From Cetorhinus maximus (lineage: Eukaryota): a stretch of DNA of 64,000 nt. A program made the translations under genes and the position numbers. Of this stretch, positions 37,404 to 51,476 are shown one piece after another; within the stretch, counting starts at the first letter, position 1; each line of letters starts with the position of its first letter. The stretch spans positions 1,116,001 through 1,180,000 of the forward strand of contig NC_135916.1 in NCBI RefSeq assembly GCF_964194155.1, written 5' to 3'. The notes beneath the pieces were generated by a model. The model was not told the origin of the DNA, searched no databases, and worked only from the letters and a program-made list of their open reading frames with translations.

Positions 37404-38368
37404 ATCGACACAATGTGTTTTCTTCTGCACTTGATGGTTTTTGCAATGCAATATTCACCCTAACTGGGTACTTCTCGGTCACTGGATTCACTGATGTGTT
37501 TTATGCCATACCTGTTGTTTTCAAGCAAGGGACAGAGATATTGCTCTGTAATTGACGGTCTTGGAGTTTCATTTCACAGCATGTGTTGACTGTTGCTGTG
37601 TGAGTGCGCTTTTTATTCAATACTTGTCAGATATTTTGACATAAGAGACTGTGTCTTTTTTGTTACCTGCCAGTTTTTTGATATTGAGTGTAAGTTCTAT
37701 ACAGCTGTGTGCTTATTCAGGTACGTGAATTAGATTCCCTACCAACAGCTCCGCACCCACCCCCAAACCCCGGCCCTCCTGTATCTATAGGTCTCCGGGT
37801 TGTGTAAAAATGACTTTGCCACGATCTCTGTCAGTTCCTGGTAAATGTGTGCCGGTGTTAGACTGCCCCTGTGAATTTCTGGTGTGTGAGCATTTATTTT
37901 ATTATGTAGCAGTTCGTTGCTTGGAAGTGATTGGCGCTTTTCTTTTCTCTCCCCCTCTATTCGTCAGTGTGTAGCATGAGAATGAGAGTTTTTATTCTGC
38001 ATCTGCCAATGTCTGACATGTGAGTGTCGGTCTCTCTTGGCATTTGTCAATGTTTGCAATGTGTGTGGTGTGTGAATGTGAATATTACATTGGGTTATTC
38101 AGTGTCAAATCGATCATCGTGTGTTTGAATCAACCTCTCAGTTTCTGACATTTAAATGTGAAAATACCTTAAAATTATCAGTTCTTTTGTATGTCAACTA
38201 CATCCTGTACCTATAAATCTATTGTAAGCCAATCTAAGATTTACTCATTCTCTCAGTAATGTTATGTGGTTATGTAATCTCTGTTATGACTGAATGGACT
38301 TTTCTCGCTGTCAGTTTTCAATGTATGAAAAGCAAATACATGGCAGATGCTTTAAAACATCGATTATG

Positions 38369-39660
38369 AACATAAGAACAGAAGAAATAGGAACAGGAGG
38401 CGGCCATTTGGCCACTCGAGCCTGCCTCATCATTCAATAAGATAATGGCTGATTTCTTTGTGTTTCAATCCCCACATTATCATCTACCCCCATAACCTTT
38501 GATTCTCTTGCCTATTAAGAATCTATCTGCCTCTGCCTTAAAAGATCTCAATGACCCTGCCTCCACTATCTTCTGAGGAAGAGATTTCCAAAGTCACACA
38601 GCCCTCTGAGAGAGAAAAATATCCTCACCTATTTCCAAAAAGTGTGATATCTAATTTAAAAACAGTGCCCCCTATTTCTCGAAACATCCTCTTGGTATCC
38701 ACAATTTCAAGGCCATTCAGGATCTTGTATACATCAATCAATCACCCCTCACTCTACTGAGACCCAGTGGAAACAAGCACAGTCTGTCCAACCTTTTCTT
38801 ATAAGACATCCCACTCATTCTAGGTAACTATCTAGTAAAGTTCCTCTGAACCACCTCCAATTAGTGTGAAGTTATCCACATCAGTTGAAAAGACATCATG
38901 GGAGAGTGTTATTTACATGGTGATAGACTGGGAAAGGTTGAAGTAAAAAGTGAGCTGGGTACCCATGCACACCAATCACTGAGAGCAAGCATGCAGGTGC
39001 AGGTAGCACTTAAGAAGGCAAATGATATGTTGGCCTTCATCGTGACATGGTTAATTGCAGGAGCAAGGATGTCTAACTGCAGCTATACAGGGCATTGGCA
39101 AGACCACTCCTGGAGTATTGTGTGCAGTTCTGGTCTCCTTGCCTAAGGGAGGATATATTTATCATAAGAGGAGTGCTGCGAACGTTCACCAGAGTGATCC
39201 CTGGGATGGCAGGATTGTCCTCTGAGGAGAGTTTGGGTCGAGTAGGCCTGTTTTCACTGGAGTTTAAAAGGATGAGAGGGGGTCTCAATGAAAGGTGTGA
39301 CATTCTGACAGGGCTGGACAGATGGCTTGCAGGGATGATGTTTCCTCTGGCTGGGGGTCTAGAACAAGGGGTCACATTCTCAGGATACAGGGTAGATGGT
39401 TTAGAACTGAGATGAGGAGAAAGTTCTTCAATCAGAGGGTGGTAAACCTGTGCAATTCTCTATGATAGAAGAGTGTGAAAGCCAAGTCACTGAATATATT
39501 TAAGAGCGAAATAGATAGATTTCAAGACTCCAAATGGACAAGGGTATGATAACAGTGTGGTTGGATGGTGTTGAGATATAGGGTCAGCCATGATTAAATT
39601 GAATGGCAGAGCAGGCTCAACAGGGCAAATGACCTACTCCTGCTCCTATTTTCTCTCTTT
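38369..39660. mobile_element. Oppositely oriented pair of CR1 3' fragments (duplicate of 618-1912)
   Basis: ORF 39095..39415 contains RPLLEYCVQFWSP. Confidence 0.85.
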
Positions 39661-41653
39661 CCATGCCTGATATGTGATAATGGATTTCAGCTGTACCAGT
39701 TAGTTCATGTTTGGGATGTGTGTGTATTTTGTTCTGTATTCATATCTCTGTCTTGCAAGTGGTATATTTTGCTCTGTTCCTGATAATTTCTGATGAACTG
39801 ATCGGTGGTTCTGTTTAGAACCTGTTGATTTCTGCTATGTGAATATGGGATTTCCTTTGTCCTTGTCAGTTTATGGCATGAAGGTTTAACTCTGCAGCTA
39901 ATGCAAATTCCAAATACCGTGAATATTGGAAATCTCAAGAAGAAAAATCAAAAATGCTGGAAATACTGAGCAGCTCTGGCAAGATTTGTGGAGACAGAAA
40001 CAAAACTGCCATTTGTTTGAAGACTCCGAACTGATGAAGCGCCATTGAGCTGAAATGTTTTGTCTTGTTTTTTTCTCCACAGATGCTCCCAAACTCGCTG
40101 ATTATTCCTCACATTTTCTTTGTTTGTCCCCCATGTATGTTATTTCCAGCAAGTTCATCTGGCAGTTTCAAATATTTAATTCTGGCTTCCATTCTGACAA
40201 TTTGCAATAATTGAATGGAGATTTTGCACTGTACCTCTCAGTTGTTTCTTTGTGTGTATCTGTGTTTTCTGTACCTGTCAGTTTCGAGTATGTGAGGATT
40301 TATTTGTACTGCAAATTTTATATTGTGCCAAGTCGATGTGCATCCGTTAGCTTCTCTGAACTTACTGTGTTTTTAATTCTTTACCTGTCTGTGAATGGGG
40401 ATTCTGCACTGTTCCCTGTTATTTACTCTTGTGTGACTGTATTTTTCCCAACACACTTATAGTTCCTGCTGGCCTTTACTATGCATATGTCAGTCTCTGT
40501 AATGTGAGTGTAGCTATTACTCTGCACTTGCTTGTGTTTGATTTGTGAGTATATTTTTGAGTATTTTTGCCTGCATCTTAAATGGAATGTGTGTTTTGCT
40601 ATTAACTCTCATTTGCTAAGATGTGTGTAAGTGGGTGGAACTAATCCTGTACCTGTACCTCTGTGATATATCAGCGTGATTGTATATCCCCACTAACATT
40701 TCAGGGTCACATATGTGAGCATGAAAATGATTTTGTGTCCCTTAGTTTACTGTAAATGAGTGAGGATTTAATCATTTAATGTCAGTCCTCTGTATGAGAA
40801 TGTCGGGTTTATTCTGTCCTATTACTGGATAATTGTTATTTTTCTCTGTCTGCCTGTCATATGTCTTGTCAGTTTTCCTCTGAACCGTCAGGCACCATTA
40901 TTTGAGCCTGAGTCTGAGGTTGCATTTTCAATTTTATTTGTGATCCTGACCTTTACTTCCCTGTATCCCTCTGTTTTTGGTATGTGACGAGTAGTTTTAT
41001 TCAGGACCTTACACATTTGAATTCAGGTTTATGTGTGTTTTTCCTGTAGCTATCAAAGTCTGTTATTTGAGTAAGAGTGTTCCTCCCTTTTTAACAGTTC
41101 AGTTCTGGAAGAATTGGTTTAATTCTGTATCTCTCTGTCTTGAATGTGCTGTTGATGATACATTATCACTCTCGGTCTCTGTTATGGGAATCCATATTTT
41201 TTGTGTTTCTGGCAGTCTCTGCTAGGGGAGAGGTGTTAATATGTTCCCTGTACTTGGTCAATATTAATTTGGTGAGATAAGGTTTAATATATTTATGTTT
41301 TTTGAATTGCATTTTCACTAATATTTCTCATTATCCAGTATAATTTATGCATTTTAATTTCATGCCAGTCATTTTCTAGTATTTGAGTGTGATTTCACTT
41401 GATATATTTCTGTCTCTTGCATGCGTGCCTTGGTGAAACTTATTTTCAAGCTGTCAGTGTCTGGTATGTTTTATATTTATATGTCAGCCATTTTTCAGTG
41501 AATGTGACTTTTATTTTCTGTGTTTTTAGTGCTTTTACTTTTATATATTTTTGCAAATTAGGTAACTGGAAGAGAATCTTAACCTGCAGTCAATCAGTTG
41601 TGTGGCACAATCTTGTTACATTTGACTAAGTGTCTAACGTTTACTGCACCTTC

Positions 41654-43271
41654 AACAGAGAAAATAACTGAGCAAACTATTGGGATTAAAGGGTGACAAG
41701 TCCCCAGGACCTGATGGCCTAAGTCCCAGTGTCTTAAAGGAACTGGCAGTGTAGATAGTGAATGCATTGGCTATAATATTCCAAAATTCCCTGGATTCTG
41801 GAAAGGTTCCAGTGGTTAGGAAAGATGCTCACATAACGCCCTTATTCAAAAAGTGGGGGAGGGAGAAAGTAGGAATCTATAGACCAGTTAGTATAACATA
41901 CGTCTTTGGGAAATTGTTGGAATCCATTATTAAGGAAGAAGTAATGGGGCATTTGGAAAGTCAAAATGCAATCCATCAGAGTCAGCATGGTTTTATGAAG
42001 AGTAAATCATGTTTGACTAATTTGCTAGATTTCTTTGAAGATGTGAGAAGCAAAGTGGGTAATGGGGATCCTGTAGATGTTGTATTATCTGGACTTCCAG
42101 AAGGCATTTGATAAGGTGCTGCACAAAAGATTAATACGCAAGGTAAGATCACACAAGGTTAGGGGTAATGTATTAGTTTGCATAGAGGATTGGCTAACCA
42201 ACAGAAAGCAGAGATTCGGGAAAAATGTGTATTTTTCTGGATGGCAAGCTGTAACTAGTGGGGTGCCACAGGGTTTGGTCAATGGGCCCCATTTATTTAC
42301 AATCTATATTATTGATTAGGATTCAGGGATAGAAGGTCCGATAGCTAAATTTGCAGATGACACCAAAATAGGTGGGAAAGTAAGTTGCAATGAAGAAATA
42401 AGAAATTTTCAAATGGATATGGACAGGTTAGCTGATAGGGCAAATGGAGTTTAACGTAGGTAAGTGTGAGATTATCCATTTTGGTCGGAAGAATAAAAAG
42501 GCGGTTTATATTTAATAGAGAGCAACTGCAGAATGCTTCAGTGCAGAGGGTTCTGGGTGATCTCGTGCATGAATCGCTAAAAGCTAATATGCAGGTACAG
42601 CAGGTAATAAGGAAGGCAAATGGAATTTTGGCATTTATTGATAAAGGAAAAGTGTATAAAAATAGGCAAGTATTGTTGCAACTGTACAAGGCATTGGTGA
42701 GACCGCACCTGGAGTACTGCGCACAGTATTGGTCCCCATTCTTGAGGACCGATGTACTTGCACTGGAGGCGGTTCAGAGGAGGTTCATTAGATTGATTCC
42801 AGAGATGTGGGGCTTGTCTTATGAGGAGAGATTGAGCAGTTTAGGCCTATACTCGCTAGAGTTTAAAAGGATGAGAGGAGATCTAATTGAGGTATATAAG
42901 ATTCCAAAAGGAATCGACAAAATAGACGAGGAGTGGTAGATTCCCCTTGTGAGACACTCTAGAATGAGAGGCTATACTTTTAGGCTAAGGGGTGGTAGAT
43001 TTAAATCAGTGATGTGGAGCAATTACTTTTCTCAAAAGGTCATGAATCTGTGGAATTCACTACCTCAGAGTGCAATGGATGCCGGGACACTGAATAAATT
43101 AAAGGAGGAGATAGACAGATTTTTAATTAGTCATGTGTTGAAAGGTCATGGGGAGAGGGCGGGAAATTGGAGTTGAGGTCGAAATGAGATCAGCCATGAT
43201 TGTATTGAATGGAGGGGCAGGCTCGAGGGGCTGAATTGCCTACTCCTGCTCCTAGTTCTTATGTTCTTATG
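41654..43271 (+). mobile_element. 5'-truncated CR1 LINE RT (duplicate of 3895-5512)
   Basis: Same RT motifs. Confidence 0.95.
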
Positions 43272-43417
43272 CATTACCAATGTATATAGTCCTGCTAATT
43301 TTCAGCTGCGTATGTTTAAATTACTACCGTAATACCTGCTTCTTAACTACCGGGCCAGCATTTAATTACTTAGATGCTGTCAATGTTCCATGTATATACT
43401 CACAGATGCTTCTTGTG

Positions 43418-43455
<38 letters not shown>

Positions 43456-45999
43456 TATTTGTGTCTGCAGGTGTGAATTTTTGTGAAAATCTGCATGACT
43501 GTGTGTGTCGGAGAGAAAGTGCAAGTTTGTTACTGTGTGCATTCATTTATGCATGTGTGTGTTTGTGCTTCTGTGTGCGTGAGGGCCTGTGTGTATGTTT
43601 GTGTGCATGTGTGTGATTTTTTGTGTGTGTGTGTTTGTGTATGTGTGCAACAGATGGTGTGCACATTTGTGTATATGTATGTTTGTCTGTGTGTGTTAGT
43701 GCAAGAGCCTGCGAGTGTGTGAATGTTTGTGTGGGAGTGTGCAGGGCTAATTTCCCATTTGTCTTTCTCTGGTACACGATGCAGCTTTAGAATTAATTTT
43801 AATGAAATTTAAGTGTCTACCCTGTGACCATTACCTATGTTGGAATTAATTCCCTAAATCTCAGTTATTATACTGTTTGTGGATCTCAAATTTCTCCTCT
43901 GTGTATATAACTCCATTATTATACATGTGAAGGTTTCTTCTGTACATAACATGTATCACATTCATGTTTCTGAAAACTATTTCTCCAATGCATTAATCTA
44001 TTACTGTTTCCTAGCTCTGTTGCAGATTTTAAAATGAAACTTTGCATTTATCAAAGACCGGTGTTATTCTTTTATTTAATGTGAACTAAGGTATAGCATT
44101 CAGGCTGCAACTCGGCAAAAGTATTTGTGAATGATAATGAGACGCTTGAACTCACATGCTGTGTGTGTCATATCTGATTGATTCAGTGTGTAATGATCTT
44201 ACGTTATGAATCATAGTGAGAATATTAAACCGGCATGTGTTGTGTATCCATGCCATATAAATTAAAATTACACTTTCTCTTTATTTTAGATATAGTATGA
44301 GATCTTTGGAGGGGGGTTTAATGTGTTCCTCTGTGAGAACCTAGGTACATTCTACAGAATAATTTTGTACATTTCAGTCTGTTGCACTATCTGTAGCTAA
44401 GACTGCACTCTTCTGAAATGAATGAGGTGCCTTTCAATCTGATAGTATTTGTGGGTTTGGACTGTGATTGATGGACCTACCTTTCTGCGGTGCTTAGTGA
44501 GTGTAAATTGGGGAGAAATATTCTGTCTCCCCTGTTGCATTTGACTGTTGCGTTGAACACGTCTATCTGAAACTTGAGATCAATGTGAATCTGATTCCTG
44601 CTCTCAGTGATGGTGGAACTGCTGTTCTGTCTGTGCTTTGAACAATAATGTACCTATGCCTACTCGAAGCATAGAGCTGCATGATTATTTAAGATGGGAA
44701 ATCTATAGCTTGGCATTGGGGCTCAAAGAGAAATGGTGGCCCAATGTTATATAATTTTGAGATTGCAGGTAAGTGTGTGTCTGTGCATGTGTGTATGTGT
44801 GTGTGTGTGTGCGTGTACATTTACCTGCCGGTCTTTAGTATGGGAGAAATTTATTTCTTCTCCACTATTTATATTCCGCTATGTGAATGTGGGATCACAC
44901 TGTATCTTTCACTTTTTAACATCTTACTATGGCGTTTATTTCTTTCCTGCCTGTGAATGGGGATTCCAAAATGCACCTAGTTATTTGTTGCTGTGTGACT
45001 GTCTGATTTGTTTTATGAATGTTTGTAATTGATTCTGGGCTTTACTCTGGATCATTGACTCTCTGTAATGCATTTGTGGCTATTATTCAGCACCTGTCAG
45101 TGCCTGATTTGTGAGTAAGCATCTTACTTTCACTGTTTCTGACATGTAATGCATATTTTTACTCATTGCCTCTTAGTTACAGGTATGTGGATTTGCATTT
45201 TATGTTCTGTATCTGCAATACTGTGAAATGTCAGTGTGATTCATTTTCCTGTTCTTTGTGTCAGGATCAGAAATGTGAGCATGGAAAAATTTGCTGAAAC
45301 TCAGGTTATTTCAAATGAGTGAGACTTTACTCATTTGCTGTCAATCCCTGGTATGAGAAGGTATGGTTTAGTCTATGCCCATCATATTCTTGTGTATGAG
45401 TATTGTCTTTTCCCATGGTCTGCATGTACCTTGTAGGTCATTGTCGATTTTGCTGTGAACTTGTCAGCCTGTATTACTTAAGTGTGATATTCACATTGCA
45501 GCTTTCAATTTAGTGTGTGAGCAAGGACCTCCCCCCACACTAACATCCCCCGCACTACCCCTGACTGTATCTCTTGGTCTTTCATACAGGCTGTTATGTT
45601 TTAGTCAGCAACTTATGGGTTTTGATGCATTTTCAGGTCTGACATTACTGTAGCTATCAACATCTGATTTCTCGGTACCCAACCTCTTCATATTTTGAAA
45701 AGTCTGTCATTGAAAAATTGATTATATTCAACACCTCTCTATCTCTGGTATGTGTCTGTGGTTTTATTATGTAAGTGTCTGCCCCTCTTACAGGAAGGTA
45801 ACTTTCTTCTGTATCTGTCAGTCCCTCCTATGAGAGTGGTGTTATGTTATTCACTGTACTTGTCAATATCTGCTTTGTGAGTTAAGTTTTAAACTTTCTT
45901 GTTTGTAGTGATCTGTCGATATAACTATTCTGAAAATATTGCTCTGGCATGTGATGTGTATGCGCGTCTGTATTAATGAATAAGTACTTTATCATTACC

Positions 46000-46590
46000 A
46001 GGAGCAGGTGATGGTGTAGTTGTATTGTCATTGGACTAATAATCTGGACAGCCAGGGTAGTGCTCTGGGTTGAAACCCTGACACTGCAGATGGTGGAATT
46101 TAAAATCAATAAAAATATGAATTGAATTAATGATCACCACGAAACCATTGTCGATTGTGGTAAAAACCCTTCTGGTTCACTAATATTCTTTAGAGAATGA
46201 AATCTGTCGTCCATGTACATGTGACTCTACACCCACAATTAAATGCCCTCTAAAATGGCCTAGCTAGCCACGCAATTGTAACAAATGGCAACAAAAAGAT
46301 CATCGACAAAGGCAATCTCAGCCCTGTTGATCCTGAGGGACAAGGGCAGCAGATCGATGAGAACACCACCACCTGGAAATTCCCCTCCAAGTGCCTCACC
46401 ATTCTGAGATGGAACTATGCTGTCATTGCTGGGACAAAAACCTGAAACTCCATTCCTAACAGCACTGTGGGTGTATCAACACCACAGGGACTGTAGCGGC
46501 TCAAGAAAGCAGCTTGTAAACCAACTTCTCAAGGGCAACTAAATGCTGTCCCAGCCAGCGAAGCAAACAACTCAAGGATGAATAAAATAA
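46000..46590 (+). mobile_element. Old tRNA-derived SINE (duplicate)
   Basis: Matches 8243-8833. Confidence 0.7.
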
Positions 46591-47499
46591 ATGTATGATA
46601 CTGTGTGGGATCTTTGGTGTTGAGTCTATTGCATTGCTTTATGAATGCTGGGTACATTCAAGGATTAATTCATTGAATTTCAATCAGCTTTATTTCCTGA
46701 TATTTAAATTACAGCCAATGTTCCATTCTTGTGACATGCATGGAGTGAGCTTCAATTTGATATTGGTTGTGAGTTTGGACTGAAATTGGTGGACCTGCCA
46801 TTCAGAGGTACTGAGTAGGAGTGTATTGTGATTATTCCAACCATCTCCCCAACCCCCGCCTCCCTTCTGAGCGTTTGACTATTGGATTGAGCACATGTAT
46901 CTGGTATGAATTCCATTTGATTCTGACTATTTCTGTCCGTGGTGACGGTGGAAATGATGTTCTGTCTGTATCTCTGCACTCTGTGAGTAATATCATACCT
47001 GCTGTCAGTAACAATGAGATGGCTGCACTTTTATTTTGGTTGGGAAATCAACAGCTTGAAACCGATCCCTTCATGTATTTGCCTAGAGGAAGAAACATAT
47101 CTCTTGAAAGTCAAGATCAGCTGAGGCTTTGAAAGAAAATAGATCAACGTAACCTGGCAACTGATAATCAATTTTTATAATGCTCTACAAATCGTAAAGG
47201 ACAATAAGAAGTACAGTCCCTGATTCCACTTCAGCACCCTGCTTCGGTACTTTTCAAACATTTGAGTAACATTCAGAAACAGTCCTGTCCTGTCCTCCTC
47301 CAAGGATGTCACTACCCGAGGGGACAGGTACATTGGTGCAGGTCAGGTTTCAATTTCCAGCTCCCATTGTAAGAGCCGTCAACAAAAACCAACAGCCGCT
47401 GCGACAATGTTTCTTTAACACTTATCACTTGAAAAGCTGGTGCCTGCGATGGGTGATATTTACATGATTGTTCCCCATCCTCACTGTCCGCCTGTTTCC

Positions 47500-48066
47500 A
47501 CTGTTCACTGTCCAAATGCCGACAAGTTGCATGAATCAGCAGCTATACTTGGAATATGCATTACAGGTTTGAGGGGAGAAAATCCCAATAGTTTTCAATT
47601 GCAGCTTGCTCAGGTTCTGTCTCCCTCAGCAGGGCCACACACAGCCCCAGAAAGGCCTCTCCCCGTCCACCCGCTCACTCCAAGTTCCGGAACACGTTCC
47701 CGCACCGCTCCGCCTCTTACAAACAGCCCCCGGTTCCCCCTGAACTTACCCCGAGTCAATGATGATTTCTGTGTCCACACTGACAAACCGGGGCCCTGCT
47801 GGAATCAGAACGCTGTTTACTCGCTTACCCGGGCCCTAAGATTTCCATTTCTATCTGTTTGAAACAAAGGTCTCCCGCTCACTGAATGAAAAACTTCAAT
47901 GGCGGAGTCTGGGAGAAGGGCAGCGCATGCGCTCTTCTAGTCAGGTCTGAGGAGTTGAATGAGGGCAGCAATGCGCATGCGCTTCTCTGGAATTTTACGT
48001 CACAGAATCAACATCATTTGCTCCTCCCCTCAGTCAATGTTCTCCAGCTTGAGCATCACAACTGGG
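47500..48066 (-). promoter_or_regulatory. NRF1/CRE promoter block (duplicate)
   Basis: GCGCATGCGC at 47923 and about 47973. Confidence 0.65.
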
Positions 48067-48160
48067 GCTGTGTGGAACGTTTCATCTAAGGTAGCATCCT
48101 GGTTATCTGAATATCCCTGGTCACCCTTGGTTCTCTGGGCTCGTTACTCCTTCCTCCTTC

Positions 48161-50188
48161 CTTTCTATTAATTTTCCGTAGATTGTAAATTCAGAAAAAA
48201 ACATCTAACACTCTGAGACATGGGAGCCGCAGACTGTCTGATTCGCAGATTCCGTGGAGGAACCAATCGCATGTGATTTCAGGCTATTATCTGAATAGCT
48301 CACATCAAGATGTTTATTCCAGGTGACAATATCAATTATCTGCTCCCGTTCCCTCCGGATCTCCCTGTTTATGTTGCTCCTCTTGGAGCCATTTACTAGC
48401 AAAAATTTGCCATGGTGATTGACTTGATTTGGGGGTATGAGCATTTTTATGGGCAGGGTCAGTTTTCAGCATGATGTTATTTAAATGAGGGCAAAAGTTT
48501 GTGGTAAAACACAATTTACGCTTGAAATTCCTTGGTCATTTGTACTGAATTGGGTGAATTGTGTTGGAAATAGCAGTGAAAGTGAGTGAGGAGAATGCTG
48601 AGGCAGCTTGGAGAGGACATGTTGAGCCTGTACCGGCCCCATTTCAATTTTGAACACCCCCCATAGTCCCTCTGTATGTTTCACCACAAACAGGTCTTCC
48701 AAGTCTAAATTGGCCATTTCCTGCCTTATTTCACTAAAATCCACTCTCAACCAATCCAAAACATTTTTATTTGCAACTTGTCGATTTCTTTGTCCATAAC
48801 AAACTTAATCTGTACCGTGTTGTATTTGCTATCGCTAAAATACTCACCCACCGTCACCTCAGCCACCTGTCCGGCTTCATTCCCCCGAATTAGGTCCAGC
48901 CATGCACCTTCCCTTTTTGGACTCCCGACATATTGACCTAAAAAGTTCTCCTGTACACATTTCAAAAAATCCACTACGTCCGAGCCCTTAACACTATTTA
49001 TATCCCAATTAATGTTGGGAAAGTTGAAATCACCTGATATAATTACCCTATTGCTATTCTTTTTACACAACTCCACAAACAGTGCACATAGTTGCCCCTC
49101 AATTTACCACTGACTACCTGGGGGTCTATAATTAAAACCTAATAACGTGGTTGCCCACTTTTTATTTCTTAGCTCAACCCACAAAGTTTCATTTGATGCA
49201 TCGTTACTGCAGTAACTGACTCCTTAATTAATAATTCTAAGCCTCCTCCTCTTTTACCCCCTCCGTTGTCTCACCTGAAATTTCAACATCACAGAATATT
49301 GAGCTGCCAATCCTGCCCTTCCCTCAACCACGTCTCAGTGATAGCTACTACACCACAATTCCAAGGGTTGCAATCCACACCCTCAACTCATCCGTTTTAT
49401 CTGCAATACTCCTGGCACTTAAGTTGAGGCCATCCAGCCTTGCCTTACTCCCTTGAAGCTTATTGCAGCTGTACTTCGTCGCTCATGGTTCTTCTACTGG
49501 CTTATGATGTGTCCCCATTCTGCTAAAATTCTGTGTCCCCTCCCCCTGCCGAGTTAGTTTAAACTCCTCCCAACAGCACTAGCCTATCGGTGTGTGTGCC
49601 TTTCTGTCTCTGCCTCAATCTCCCTCTATCTATCTCTCTCTCACTCACTATTGATTCTTCTCTTTCCTTGCTCTCTTGCTCCCTTTCGCACCCACATCTC
49701 TCTACTTCTGGTGCTGTGAATGTTACTGATGCTGTTACCCATCCTCCATTGATATGCGTGACACCGTTAGTGTTCATCCTCTAAGAAATTCAGCACTGAA
49801 ATTTCATTTGATTATCTCTATTAAAAAATCGAAGTGTGTTTTGAAAATCTCTGTCACTGCCAGGAATGTGACAATCCGCGAATGCGCGTTAACATATAAC
49901 TGGCCTGCTCTGGTTGTTGAGGTAGGGGTACATTGCAAACTGTGAAATTGTGACCTGTCAGTTCAAGAGGAGCAACATAAACAGGGAGATCCGGAGGGAC
50001 CGGGAGCAGATAATTTATATTGTCACCTGGAATAAACATCTTGATGTGAGCTATTCAGATAATAGCCTGAAATCACATATGATTGGTTCCTCCACGGAAT
50101 CTGCGAATCAGACAGTCTGCGGCTCCCATGTCTCAGAGTGTTAGATGTTTTTTTCTGAATTTACAATCTACGGAAAATTAATAGAAAG
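48161..50188. repeat. Inverted repeat arms 48161-48385 and 49964-50188 enclosing a CR1 endonuclease fragment
   Basis: Duplicate of 10405-12432. Confidence 0.93.
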
Positions 50189-50822
50189 ACGAACAAAGTT
50201 CGAAAAGAGGGGCAATTCTGTCCTGAGACCCTTACATTTGATACTAGTTTCAGCCTGTGAAGGTGCAGATGTGAACATTGTGTAAGGGAGCGTTGGAAAT
50301 GGGCGGGCGAGTCAAAGGAATGAAACTGTGTTTGTGTGTCCGTGCTGATCATGAGGTTTCCGAGACCCGCTTGCCTAAAATAAAAATATTTCCCTTTCAA
50401 AAATTCCACCTGTTCCCCAGCTTAACCCCGAAGTGAGATTTCAAGAGCATTTCTGAGTTGTTTTCTAGATTTCAGTCTAAAACTAGAGGACATGTCAGAG
50501 ATCGGGTGAAGGAGCCGCAGTAAATCAGGTTTAAATCGAAACTGGAGCCTTCAATTCGCGTGAAATATTTTCGACAGCAAACATTACAATGTCAGAGATA
50601 AGATGGATTTAGTCTGGGACACTGGAGAGCCGGAATTTCCATGGAATTGGGGAGTTTGTGAGGAGAGAAAAACACAGAGAGGCAGCAGCAGCCTGGAGCT
50701 GACAGCAGCCTGTCTCCGCCCCGTCCGCTCGCTGCCTTTAAGTTGCTCAGTGCCGCCACCAGCGGCTTCATTTCTCAGCCCGTTCACATTGACAGAGACA
50801 CTTTTGTGCAGAGTCCCGGAAC

Positions 50823-51476
50823 ATGACCGATACTGCAGCCGCCGAAACGGCTCCTCCAGCCGCTCCCGCCGCCCAGGTCAAGACTCCCAAGAAGAAGAAG
50901 AAGGCGGCTCCCCGGAGCAGTGCAGCCGGTCCCAAGCTGGGCGAGCAGATCCTCAAGGTTGTGGCGGATTGCAGCGATCGCAAGGGGATGTCGCTGCCCG
51001 CGATCAAGAAGGCGCTGCGCGGCAAAGGGCTGGATGTGGAGAAACTCGGCTCCCAGATCAAGCAAAGCGTCAAGAGGAATGTGAAGAATGGCTTCCTGGT
51101 TCAGGTCAAGGGCACGGGCGCCTCGGGCTCCTTCAAAGTCCCTAAGAACACAACCCCGGGGAAAGTGGGAAAGAAGGCGAAGGTAGCAGCTGGCAAGAAA
51201 TCTCCAGTGAAGAAAGCGGCAGCCAAGAAGGTGACAGCAAAGAAAGCAACGGCCAAGAAAACAGTCAAGAAAGCAACGGCCAAGAAGACTCCAGTCAAGA
51301 AAGCAGCGGCCAAGAAATCCCCAGCGAAGAAAGCAGCGGCCAAGAAAACAGCCAAGAAGGCGGCAACTCCCAAAAAGCCGGTGAAAAAAGCAGCCCCCAA
51401 GAAAAAGTCTCCGGCCAAGAAGGTGACGGGCGTCAAAAAAGTGGCGAAAGGGAGGGCCAAGCCCAAAGGGAGATAA
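50823..51476 (+). CDS. H1: Histone H1 (217 aa), unit A'
   Basis: Differs from 13067 by I>V (QSVKR) and K>R near the C-terminus. Stem-loop at 51534-51549. Confidence 0.98.
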   Translation: MTDTAAAETAPPAAPAAQVKTPKKKKKAAPRSSAAGPKLGEQILKVVADCSDRKGMSLPAIKKALRGKGLDVEKLGSQIKQSVKRNVKNGFLVQVKGTGASGSFKVPKNTTPGKVGKKAKVAAGKKSPVKKAAAKKVTAKKATAKKTVKKATAKKTPVKKAAAKKSPAKKAAAKKTAKKAATPKKPVKKAAPKKKSPAKKVTGVKKVAKGRAKPKGR

